Shown in pieces: positions 48,883 to 61,289 of a stretch of 64,000 nucleotides of DNA. Position numbers and translations under genes: made by a program. The notes beneath the pieces were generated by a model. It was not told the DNA's origin. It made no database searches and was given only the letters and a program-made list of their open reading frames with translations. The stretch is taken from contig MCFE01000270.1 in NCBI GenBank assembly GCA_002104905.1, positions 1 to 64,000 on the forward strand, written 5' to 3'. This stretch comes from Basidiobolus meristosporus CBS 931.73 (lineage: Eukaryota > Fungi > Basidiobolomycota). The first letter of the stretch is position 1; every line of letters starts with the position of its first letter.

Positions 48883-51800
48883 CTAGAACTGTCCTAATGG
48901 AGTTAAGCTTTGCAACCGGAGCAAATGTTTCCTTAAAGTCTAGTTCCTGGATCTGGAAATTGCCTTTAGCCACCAATCTAGCCTTGTACTTATCAACAGT
49001 ACCATTTGAGGTTATCTTGATCATGCAGACCCATCTACATCCTATTGGCTTTCTTACATTTGGTAAATCTACCTGCTCCCACGTTGTTGCTTTGATCAGT
49101 GATTGGTACTCCTCCTGCATGGCTTGTTGCCACATAGTTCCATCTAAACTTTGCAGTGCCTGTTCCAGATTCTGAGGTTTGGCACATAAGGCAAGATAAG
49201 CTTCTTCATGATCATTGGATGGCTACCACCATGATCCAAGGGCATTTCTTATTCTTGTAGATTTTCTAGCTAGGATAATCTGCTCTGATCTGAAATTGGT
49301 AGAGTTATCATCCGTATCTGGCTGAATTTGGTACATATATTCTTCATTAGTGTTGATTGCATCATCCAGCAGCTGGCCAATGATTTCTGTGGCTTTCTGA
49401 TCTGAGTTCTCCTAAAATACAATATCCCTGCTCTTGATCAGCTTCTGAATTTTGCCATCACACACTCTATACAACTCAGTATCATCACAATACCCAAGAA
49501 AGTCCCTTTTCTACTCTTTAGTTACAGCTCTAAGCATTTTTTGTCAGGGATGTGATAGAAGGCATCACTGCCAAAGATCCTGAGGTGCTGGAGATCTGGT
49601 TTTTGCCCTGTATATGCTTCAAAGAGTGTAGAGTCTTGTAGTGCTTTTGCTGGGCATCAATTCCTGATTTATACTGCAGTAGCAACAGATTCAGCCCAAA
49701 ACGTGTAGTCCACTGCCTGATCATGTAGCATAGATCTTCCCATCTCTACTATTGTTCTATCTGTACGTTCTGCTACTCCATTTTACTGTGGAATATGTGG
49801 AACAGTGGTCTGCTGAGCTATACTAGTAGATTTGCAGTACTTTGCAAACTCATTTGAGCAGTATTCCCCTCCATTGTTACTTCAAAGTATCTTCAATTTG
49901 CACCTAGTTTGTGTTTCTGCCATGTTCTTGATGTGCTTAAACATCTCTAAAGCTTCATCCTTTGTTTTGAGGAACTATACCCATGTATATCTTGACTTGT
50001 CATCAATATACATCATAAAGTATCACTTGGCTCCAAAGGACAGTGTTCTCAGGGGCCCACATATGTCTGAGTGTACAATAGCCAATATTTTTGTAGTTTT
50101 GGTGCCTCCAGAGTTCCTGAAACATTGCCTAACTTGATTGCCATTTGAACATCCCTTACAGCCACTCAAATTGATTGGAATTGAGTAATTTAGGCCTGAA
50201 ACAAGCAAAACGTTTCATCATTTGGCCCATTTTCTAGTTATCTCCCAGATAAACCTTTCTTACAAGGATAGTCTTCAAGTTGCTGAACCACTCCATATAC
50301 CACATATCTGCTTTGATGCTCCAAAGTCAATATACCATTCATTATTTTGGTTATTTGCACTCTCTTGTATGGTTACAAATAACTGTTCATCAGTATTTAT
50401 ATAGTTTGGCTGCTCCAGTTTCTGTTTTTTGTCTGCTTGTTCTTCTTGCATTCTCTTGCTCAGCATCCTGGCTTCTTACAGTAGTTACAGCAGCCAGGTT
50501 TTCTTTGGTTTTGTTGCTTTCCATTCTTTTCTGTGTGCCTCTTGGAGCTGAATAAAGTGTTGTCTTCAATTTTCTCTGATTGATCATTATGTTTGAGTTC
50601 TTTATGGAGAAGTCTTCCTTTGACATAGTCTAAAGTCAAGTTGTCTTCTCTGCTTTCAAAAGAAAGTATGAGTGGCTCATACTTGTCTGGTAGGCTGCAA
50701 AGCAGACAGAGTATCTTTTGTTCATCTTCTACACCAGCATTCATACTATAAGTTCTTCTGCAAGTGTCTCCATTATGGTAATGAGTTGTAGCATATCATC
50801 ATCTGGCTTCTTCCTCATGTTGAAGAATTTTTGTTTTAGATAAAGCTTGCTTGGTACTGATTTTGCTCAAGATCTTCTCTAAGGATTCTCATGCTGCTTT
50901 GGCATTTTTTGAAGCATGGATTTGCCCAATGAAGGAATCTTGCACATTGATACATATAGCTTTAAGGCCTTTCTCTCCTTCTCTTGAAACTTCTCCACTT
51001 CTTCTGCTGTTCCCTTAGGCTCAAATTCTTTTCCTTTTATTATATTCCAAAGCTTTCTTTCCTCAAGGTGGATCTCCATCTTGATTCCCCAAAGTTTGTA
51101 GTTCTTCCCATCAAACCACTCCTTTAGAGGGAAGATGTTTGTATTATTCTGTTTGCTGGTAGAAGTCATCTTTAGGATAGGCTAAGGCAATTGGGGCTCA
51201 TAACATGTTGCAATCTTAAGAAGTGATTTGGATATAAGGAACTTATCATGATATAGTTATAATAGCTGAGCTGTTGTTTATTCATAAAGTGGATCAATAT
51301 TTATACCTTTGTAGAAGTAATACAGCTGTAACACTAAGAAAGGGGGGTTTCTTAACATTCAGGAGCATTCTGTAACAGTTTCAGGGTTAGTACATAAAGT
51401 TTGCTAAAAAGTGTTAATTTGATCTTCACTACAGGGGACTAATCATTGGATCATAGATGTGAAAAAACTGGCAAATTTGGGGCTGCAAGCAAGTCCTACA
51501 GTGACCAAGACTAGTTTAGAATTGTTAAGTAGATTTTTAGCTGCTGAATGATACCAAATAGCTCAGTATTTCAACAGGGGCTTAGTCAGGAACCAGACAA
51601 CTTTACCTTTTTTTTGGTGGCATATATATGGAAATGAGTCAAAGCAAAGGGCAATGGGGCTATACATACATGTTTATGTGGTGCCACATCCTTATTTATG
51701 ATGCCTACTAAGGCAGGACACTGTTAAATCTTACATTCATGTAGGTGTAATGACTCAAATACATTACTGTATTAAATATACATGAGTATTGACCAAAAGA

Positions 51801-54017
51801 TGATAGAATAGTGTAACATTGCTGGGTGTTGAACTGTTTACCCCATGGACAAGACTACTTTGATTCAACACCATAAGAGAAATAAATAAAGACCATGTGG
51901 CTATTGTAGCAAGCTTCTCAGCCATGAAGCATGCAGACAGCATATGAAGTATGATAAGGATCACAGCAAATATTTTGCCACACCAGTCATACTTAGCTAT
52001 TCATCAGTCACTACTGCATCAGCAATATCTGGCTGGCCACTTGATGCTTCTATAATGGCACCTGGCTGTAGTTGTGTTATAAGTCTTGGTATAAGAGTTG
52101 TAAAGGAATAGGGAGTTTAACTACTACTGTATCCACTAAAACTTGGATTGACCTCTATCAAAATTTCAGCAGCTCCTTATGTACATTTTGCCAGATCAAT
52201 TGCTGACTAATTGTATCTCCTAATGTAGGCTGTGGCTGATTACTCATTTGATTGCATCATCATCAACCAATAAGATCTTACTTAATATATCTATTCCTGT
52301 CTGATAAGGATCTGCTGATTCATTTGCTGACTAATGCTACTGATTTGATAGATAATACTGATGTACTGATAAGCTAAGCACGTAACTAATTGATTTGACT
52401 AAAAACTGATCTAACTTAAACATTCAAGTGGCAGGTCATATCATTCTCCCCTGCTAAAGTTGCAAGGGTTTTCCTGAATCTCTATTCTTGTGATACCAAT
52501 ATTTTGTTGGTTCAGTATTAGTACTAAGTCTTGCAAGCTTGTGTCTGTCCCTATGTACTAAGCCTTCCCAGATATTGCCTTGTTTGTCCACTAGTTGGTA
52601 AGTTGCAAATGGACATTCTCTGATGATTTTGAATGGTCCTGTCCATTGTGGCTCAAATTTCTTCCAAGTGTTGTTTTGTAGCAATACAAAGTTTGTAACT
52701 GTCAATGCCTCTGGTGCTATAGTCTTATCAGATCTCTGCTTCATCTTTTCAGCACTTTGAGATACTTTGGTCTGTGCCTATTGGCATCTTTGTTCCAGTT
52801 GCTGGTGTCTACTTGGCTGAACAAGCTCATCTTCTAAGGTGTCTGTAAGCTTTAGTTGTGTGAGATCTCCTGGAATCCTTGGTTCACATCCATACACTAA
52901 GTGAAATGGCATTTGTTGGGTGGTGTTGTGTACTCTGACTCTGCATGAAAAGAGTGCTTGGTCTATATGCTTATCCCATCTACTGACAGCTCCATTTGCA
53001 TACCAGATCAGCATTTTTCCAAATAATCTATTAAACTGTTCAGTGACTCCATTAGTTCTGGGGGATATGCCAAGGTTTTCAAGTGTTTGATCTGCTGCAT
53101 TTCCAGGTAAGCTCCCAATATCTTGCCATAAAGTTTGCACCTCTATTGGAGAGAATCTCTACAGGGCATCCAAACTTCATAAGGATCTAATGGCAGATGA
53201 AACTTGTAACTTCTTGTTCACTGGCTATAGGTACAGCTTTAGCCACTGGCCATTTAGTGGCATGATCAATTGCTACTAGGATCCAATAGTTGCATTTCCT
53301 GGTAGTTGGCAGTCTTTCAGCAAAGTCAATTCCCCCTCTTTCAAATGGTCTTAGAGGCTCCAAGGGAAAGAGTTCTGTAATTCTCTGTGGTTGGCCTTGG
53401 TTGATTTGGCAACTTGCACATGTTTTCACTTGCTTCTCAATGTCATGTTTCATTCTGGGCTACTGTGCTCTGGCTTTCATAAGGCTATAGGTTCCTTCAA
53501 TTCCAAGATGTTCATATCCATTGTGTAGCTTATATAATAAATCTGGGTGAGCAACATAAGGGCAATAGGCAATAGGGCTTCCATCAACAATATGGTAGAG
53601 TGTTTCATCCTGTACTGCAAATTTGCTGGCTTCATCCCGGATTATCTTCTTGATATCTTCATCCACCTCATTACAAATGGCTTGGTCCTCCAGGTACTTT
53701 GGTAATAGGCTAGGTCAATATGATTCATGCACCAAGTTGAGTTGTGCAACTTGTGCTAATCTTGATAAGGTGTCAGCAACTGTGTTGTTTTTTCCAGGGC
53801 AGCAGACTATCTCCAAATCAAATTGCTGAATGTATTCACTCCATCTTGTCATTCTTCTAGAGAGTACTTTCTGAGTAAATATATACTTGAGGGAGGCATG
53901 ATCATTCTTCACAGTGCATTTGACTCCTTCAATAGAGCATCTCCATATCTTCAAACAGTGTATTATAGCAAGCATCTCATTCTCATGCACTGGATAGTTT
54001 TGTTCTGCTGAGTTCAG

Positions 54018-54980
54018 TCACATGGATTCAAAGGCAATGGTGTAGTCCTTTCCCTTGTGCTCTTGGCTCAACACTCCACCAATTGCATAATCTGAAGCAT
54101 CTGTGCAGGGAGTATACTCTTTTTGAAAGTCAGGTATTCTTAAGCTTAGTAGCTTAGCAAAATCATTCTTGAGCATCTGTAAGGCAGTCTCACCAGATAT
54201 GTCCCACTTGTAGGTATTGTCTTTCTGGAAGATATCAGTTAAAGGGGCTACAATACTTGTAAAGGACTTGACAAATCTCCAATAATAGGAAACCATTCCA
54301 AGGAATGATCTGAGCTCTGATATGCTATGAGGCTGCTTCAGATTCTTGATAACTTCAGCCTTCTTAGGGTCTAAGGTTACTCCTATGCTAGTCACTATGT
54401 GTCTCATATATTCAACGTGTTCCTTGAAGAATTCACACTTGAGTAGCTTGCCATAAAGCTTGTTCTCTCTTAGCTTCTTCAAGACCTTTTCAATATGCAC
54501 CAAGTGATCCTCTCCTGTCTTGCTGTATATCAGTATATCATCTAGGTAGATTATCACAAACTTGTCTAAGTACTCCTGGAAGACAGTCTGCATCAGGGTC
54601 ATGAATGTTGCAGGGGCATTGGTAAGGCCAAAACTCATGACTAAGTACTTGGAATGTCTATATCTGGCCCTGAATGCTGTCTTAGGGATGTCTTCTGGCT
54701 TCACCCTAATCTGGTTGTATCCTGACATGAGGTCAATCTTGCTGAAAATAGTGGCTCCATTGAGTTGGTCCAAAAGCTCATCAATCCAAGGTGTGGGGTA
54801 CTTGTTCTTCACAGTAACTGAGCTGAGGGCTCTGTAGGCAATGCCCATCCCAAGTGTTCCATCCTTCTTCTTCACAAAAAGTACTGGAGCTCCCCAAGGT
54901 GACATGCTGGGTCTGATATATCCTTGCTCCAGTAACTGATCTATTTGTCTTATCATCTCTTCCAACTCCAATGCACTCAT
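54018..54980 (-). pseudogene. pol: Gypsy-2 reverse transcriptase/RNase H, longest open segment (320 aa)
   Basis: [46 protein letters not shown]. Flanked by stops and frameshifts. Confidence 0.92.
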
Positions 54981-55504
54981 TCTGTAGGTGTCTTACTGAC
55001 TGGAGGGCTATCTCCTGTTTCAATGGCATGTTCTACATCTCTGACTGGTGAGAGGCTTACAAGCTCATCTGGAAATACATCTGAGTGATCCTTCAAAAGA
55101 GTCTGGACCTTGTGGGGTACTTGAGTAGAGGAATTCTCCTGTAATACTGACATGAGGAGCATCTGGGTGCCTTCTCTTAGTGCTCTACAGAACTGTGTCT
55201 TGCTAAGTTCACTTGTTTCACACACACTGGAATTGATCAAGTTAAAATCCAGTCTGGCAGGTAACAGCTCATAGGTCTTGTTGTCCTTCTGGATCTGAGT
55301 GGCATGGGTTCTCCAGTTGATTGATGGATTACAACAAAATAGCTAGGTTTTCCCAAGTACAAGGTCAAACTTGCAGTTCCCAGATATATAGGCCTGTAGA
55401 TCTTCTTCATAGTCATTGATTTTCATCCTCACTGGCTGAGTACCATGGTTGATTATGTGAGAGTTCCCATCAGCTGTTGAGACTGAAGTTGATTTGGTGA
55501 GTTC

Positions 55505-55653
55505 TGAAACAAAGAAGCCAGCGCTACTGTTGTAGCTTTGATACAAGAGTGTGTAGCTGAGGGGACTTCTGGTAGCTATAATATTGCGCCCAATCATTCT
55601 TTACAACCGCGGATTGCGCCACACACCCTGGCATGGTACAATGGAACAAGTCT
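55505..55653 (-). mobile_element. PHIS left-end fragment inside the Gypsy-2 protease region
   Basis: 55565-55653 is the reverse complement of 37986-38070. The TIR is followed by ATT. Confidence 0.8.
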
Positions 55654-57720
55654 ATTATGTAAGAGCTCCCATGAGCTGTTGAAACTGAAGTTGATTTGGT
55701 GGGTTCCAAGTTGAATCCAGCTTTCAAAGCAAATTGCTCTGACATGTACTCATGCAATGCTCCTGAGTCAATCATGATCTTGGCAGGTACTCCATTGAGT
55801 ACTCCACTCAAGTATAATAGTTTTCCTGAGTTTGAGGTCATCTGGGATAGGTATTCTTCTGTCATATGGAAGGTGAGTTCTGAGACTTCTTGAAGTTCAT
55901 CCTCCATGTTACTATGCTCCAGGGCCTCAATATGGTCAAAGGTTCTTGATGGCTGGTGCCCATTTCTTCTCTGAGGGCAGTACTTTGCAATATGTCCCTG
56001 CTGGTGGTAATTGAAGCAAAATCCTTTCTTCTTATATTTTTCTGCGGTAGGGTTCTTCTGCATAGTGTCTATTTCCATTGGCACTGCTTCTGATTTTCTT
56101 GTTTCATAGTGATTGTAGCCTCTGTGATTAGTCATTGTGGGCTCCCAACTCCAAACATAGCTGAGTCATAGTCAATGGCAATCTTGATGGCTTCTTCATT
56201 ACTCTGAGGTCTTCAATTATTCTCTTCCTTAGGAGTTCTTTCTTTCAACCCATCAATAAAGTATTCAACTTGATCCAGAGGGTCCGTTCTTTCAATTTGC
56301 CCAAGTAGACATCTATATTCATAGATGTACTCTTGGACCATTCCTTTCTGTCTGAGTGTCTTCAACTTTCTTCTTAGTGGTGTCTGTTGGTGTGGAGGCT
56401 TAAAGGCATCCCAAATTTTGGACACAAGCTCATCCCAGATAGAGATTGTAGAGCATCCCTTCATGGTGGCTGACCTGATCTTGTTGTGGTACCACAATAA
56501 AGCTGCATCTGCCAGTTAAGCGGCTGTATAATGTAACTTGCCTTCTGGAGCAATTCCCTTAGCCTTGAAAGCTTCTTCAATCTGGAAGAACCAAGTTCCC
56601 AGGTTTTCATTGACTCTACCATGGTACCAGTTGACCTTGTGACTAAAGTAGCGCTTGACAGGGTTTTGCTGGCTTTGGGCCATGGTAGTCATTCCTTGTT
56701 GCTGCTGGCTAAGGATCTGGAGTAACTGTTGTTGCAGGGCCAGGATTTGTTGCATATCCTTCTTCCATTCTTAATTTTAGCACATCTTGAGGGAGACTTC
56801 TTCTTTCTTCAGGAGGGATGTTTCTGGTTATTGCTGCTACCAATGTCACAAGTCTTGGTATAAGAGTTGCAAAGGAATAGGGAGTTTAGCTAGTATTGTA
56901 TTCACTGAAACTTGAACTGACCTCTATTGAAATTCCAGCAGCTCCTTATATACATTTTGCCAGATCAATTGCTGACTAATTGTATCTCCTAATGTAGGCT
57001 GTGGCTGATGACTCATTTGATTGCATCATCATCACCCAATAAGATCCTACTTAATATATCTATTTCTGTCTAATAGGAATCTGCTGATTCATTTGCTGAC
57101 TAATGCTACTGATTTGATAGATAATACTGATGTACTGATAAGCTAAGCATGTAACTACTTGATTTAACTAAAAACTGATCTAACTTAAACATTCAATCAG
57201 CCGGTCATAACACTTGTCACCTTGCACAAGCTGAGTCAGGTAAACTTGTGACACCATTAGACTCACCCCAGCCTTCTGAGTATGGCATGCAGAGTGATAG
57301 TCTATAGAAGCAGGCTCACCAATGGATTATGAGCCCATTTGCCCTAACAACTGTACTCTGCATGAGTCCAGCAAAACCCAATTTGCAATGAGCAGTACCC
57401 ATCAAACAAAATACCTAGTATTCTTTATGGAGTGTAGTGGGCCTAGAATCCATTGAATGGTGAATGACATGATGTTGTGGCTAGAGAAGTGGCATATTTC
57501 CACTAATATCAGTAATGGGGTCATTGAGCATTTACTACTGCTTCTTGCCAAAAGTGTCCCGGGATGCAACTGACCATGAGCATGGCATAAATGGACAACC
57601 ATCATGCAGCTGGCAACATTTGTCCCGGAGACCATCCTGATGCCAGTATGTGTTGACAGTTGCATGGCATTCATATCAAAATATGCAATCAATGTAAGGA
57701 GTCCAACTTCTCAGGAATCT

Positions 57721-58748
57721 GCCACCATTGAGGGAAAACATTGTTCACACTCCAGATATATTCATATAATAACCTACCTAAAGAAGCTTGTGCAGTCTAA
57801 CAAATATTGCAAAGTTATAAAGTACCATTCTCAATATCAATCAGCCTCATACATATTTAGCATTAATATTGAGATATAAGACTTGTTTTAATGGATAGTG
57901 CCACAGTGAGCCATGAGTGTCAATCATGCCTTAGTGTGCCAGGGAGGCCAAGTGGACCTACACTTGGTCACAGAGTGTGAAACAAATCTTCATCTTCATG
58001 CAAGGCAGCCCCTCTAGTACACCCATTGTGCAGGGGAAAATCCATTTTTTGACTTTTTTTTTGGGACAAATTTTCTGCAAGATGAGGAAGAGCACAGATA
58101 GACTGATGGCATGCATATGGTACTCTATACCCATAACACCTTGAATCTAGCTCCTGTGGCTTGTACCATATCACAAAGAAGCATGGCATTATTTTGGTCT
58201 ACTGCACTATCTAGCACTATAAGTGGTTGTATAGGCTTTAATTTAAGGCTAATATTAATATATAGTGCCTGATAGTGCCAGTAGACTAAGATAGTGCCAT
58301 GCATTTTTGTGACATGTTACAGGCCACAGGATCTATAATCAGAGTACCATATGCATGTTGTCAGTACCTGTGTGCCCTTACACATCATGCACAACATTGA
58401 TCTTAAAAAAAAGGGCAAAAAATGGATTTTCTCCAGCACAATGGGTGAGACACAAGGGCTGCTTTGCACAAAGATAAAGAGCTATGTTTCGCACTCTGTG
58501 CCAAGTATGGGCTCATTTGGCCTCCCTGGCATACTATGGCATCATTTGCCACTCATTGCTCAATGTGGCACTATCCATTAAAACAAGTCTTATATCTCAA
58601 TATTAATGCTAAATTTGTTTGAGGCTGATTGATATTGAGAGTGGTACTTTATAACTTTGCAATATTTGTTAGACTGCACAAGCTTCTTTAGGTGGGGTAT
58701 TATAGGAGTATATCTGAAGTGTGAGCAATGTTTTCCCTCAATGATGGG
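57721..58748. repeat. ~1 kb inverted repeat: foldback MITE M (57879-58590) plus an inverted duplication of the flanking CACTA transposase
   Basis: 57721-58225 pairs with 58260-58748, with a ~35-bp spacer. Confidence 0.9.
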
Positions 58749-59509
58749 CTTCAAGCAACACTCATACACCTATGCAACAATATAAGTGCAAGTGCTGGAT
58801 GAGTTGGTTATGTCTTTATTCAAGTGGCCTACTGAAGTCATTTCTACTAAGAGTACATTGAAAGTATTGGTAGTCATATGTTGATACTGTTGGAGTAATT
58901 ATCCATGAGTAGATCACCAATGCCAACTTGATGCATCTGCAGCTTTTGTGCAAGGAGGTTGTTACTGGACTTGAGCAGCTATACTACAAACATAGAGCTG
59001 AACATCTGGATCTCTACCTCTGCTGTATCCATTCTGTACTCCATCTTGCATGGTGTGTGGAGAGTACTGTGACTTGCCTTTCCTTTTGGTAGTTTCCTAT
59101 GGGGCAGATGTGTGGGCAGATAGGAAGACAAGTCAAGTTGCAGGTACTACCATATCCAGTCTAATCAGGAATATTAACTTCAAGTCCATCATGGATGTGA
59201 TGAATTGGCACATGAAGGAGAGCCAGGGAGAGCTGGAAAAAACTAAGGACAAATGTGCACATAAAGACACCTATGCCTATGGCAGCATGAAGCTAAGCAG
59301 CCCCAAAGCATGGCTGATCAGTAAGTAAAGCTAAGTTGGGTCAGGTGCAACAAGCAACTAATCTTTCTTTGGAAAACTCCACCAAAGCATGCCAGGCTTC
59401 TATTGGTCACAAGCAAATTTCTATACCACTTGATACAAAGCCCACATAAACAAGAGCTCATGCCCACCTGTAAGGGGGACCAGAATCCAGCAGGGAGAAG
59501 GAATAAATT

Positions 59510-61053
59510 GGACTTGTTTGGTTGGATAATGAAATATTGTTCTAGCATGTTAATAATATCAGATCAATCTGGCACTCTACAGTACATTCTAGCACTCTAA
59601 TTTCTACCATGATGCCAGCAATATGATACAGCTACTGGAAATCTGATTCAATCTGGATTATGTTGCTCAGAACAGTTCTTTTCTTACCTTATTTGCTCTT
59701 CATATTGCTCCAGACCCATTTCTCTCAGTATATGTTTTGTAAGAATATTTGGTGCATTAGACTGTATCTTAGCTATTTTACCTATTTTGCTATTTTCTTC
59801 TGTGTATGACTCTCATTTGTATTTACCTATCAATAAGCTGAATCTCATTAAATATGCAAATGTATGCTGTACTCTCACTCTGAAATGATTAAATATCTCA
59901 TTGTAGAGCTTCTGCTTCCTACTAAGCACACCATTCCTTTGCTTCCTATGAGCTCCAATACATCCAAATCTCTTACCATCATCTCCTATATATGCTAAGT
60001 CTGCCATGTATATCTCTCCTCTACCAAGTGCTGTATCATTCTCTACCCAGAGTGCTTTGTCATGCTTACTTCCAGCTAATGATCCACTGAACCAGATGAT
60101 GTTACCCTTGGTGTCAGACAGTGCTTGAAACTTCACACAGTGTGCATTGTATTTGCCAGAATAAAAGTGCCTCTGCCCCCTAGCAGATCAGTTAATCCTG
60201 ACTGAAAAGGTATCCAAGATATTCCTGATATTTAATCTGTTGCTGAACACTCTGGGATATGGAAGGCAATTGGAGCTTCTGAACCTAGTTTTCAAGCTTG
60301 CTCTAAGCCATTCATACCTTCTGCATGGCAGTTCTCAATTGCTGTCAGCTGGCAATGAAAGTTTTTAGAAATTTTGTTGCTAAGGATGGTGGGATGAAAC
60401 CTTCAAGGGCAATAGTACTTGTGATAGCAGAGAAGCTTAACAAGGGATCTCCTTGAGTAGATTGGAGTCAATGGTCAACAGTACCTGGTATAGATTTCCT
60501 CTAGTGTGTCAACAGGGAATCCAGTGTTAGTGATGAGATTGACAAGGAAAGACCATTTGGATGAATAAGTCCTCTCCAGACTGATATGTTTTCAGTTAGA
60601 GGTGATATTAATTAATTTGGCATGATGAGCTTAATTCATCTGATTTTCCATGCATTATGACTAAATCTCCATCAATTGTCATGTATCTAATTATTATGTT
60701 ACAAAAGTCATCCTCAAACATTGACTAGGTGATTACACTGATGATTTGCTGCAAGTCTATAATCAAATAGGAAATCTGCAATTGATGTCACCTGATCCTT
60801 GTCAATGCAATCCAAGATGTGTCATGCATAATATACAGAATATTCAGCAATCATATTAGTTTTCTTAAATATTACATATAGGACCAGGTTGATGCCAATA
60901 TACTACAGTATAAGTATCCAAATCTGTTGCTATAGTCCCTATGCCAAGTCTCACCTCATCATTTGAAAAACCTAGTCAAAACCCATCCCCAGCTCACTAG
61001 TAGGGTCCAGACTAGAAGAGGAAAAGTTTCTTATGTGGAGTTCTGGCCAAATA
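59510..61053 (-). mobile_element. PHIS copy 3 (right terminus, transposase, start of accessory ORF)
   Basis: GGACTTGTTTGTTGGAT after ATT. ORF 59813-60136 (GSKHD, MADLAY, FRVRVQHTF). Confidence 0.85.
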
Positions 61054-61289
61054 ATACAAGTAAATACAAAGGAAAGTCATGTATAGACAAAAATAGCAAT
61101 ATAGGTAAAATAGTTAAAGTACTGTTTGATTCACTGAAGACTCTTACAAGAAGACATATACTGAGAGAAATGCATCTGGAGCAATATGAAGAGCAAATAA
61201 AGTGAGAAAGGCACTGCTCTGAGAAACATAATTAAGATGGAATAAGATTGCCAGCAGCTGTATCCTATCACTGGCGTCATGGTAGAAAT
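61054..61289 (+). pseudogene. PHIS transposase C-terminal fragment and 3' UTR, in inverted orientation
   Basis: Matches 41710-41940. Confidence 0.75.

Larger units (their letters stand above)
45919..51576 (-). mobile_element. Ty1/Copia family 2 element (5' LTR 51206-51576, gag-pol to RNase H; 3' LTR and mid-RT lost)
   Basis: PBS TGTTATGAGCCC, FDGKNYKLWGIKM, CNYCKKPG, IVHSDICGPL, GCRWV...YKARLVAKG, ADILTKTL. Confidence 0.88.
52075..57212 (-). mobile_element. Ty3/Gypsy family 2, full length, no chromodomain
   Basis: LTRs 56844-57212 and 52075-52443, PBS TTGGTAGCAG, PPT AGCAGGGGAGAA, imperfect 4-bp TSD GTTG/CTTG. gag CCHC-like knuckle, PR IMIDSGA, RT ORF 54018-54980, INT GPF motif. Confidence 0.93.
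51577..59509 (+). mobile_element. CACTA copy E fragment (ORF2 start, intergenic region, transposase pieces 51880-52074, 57213-57870, 58750-59509)
   Basis: Collinear with 24440-25570 and 26350-28170, minus the insertions. Confidence 0.78.
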
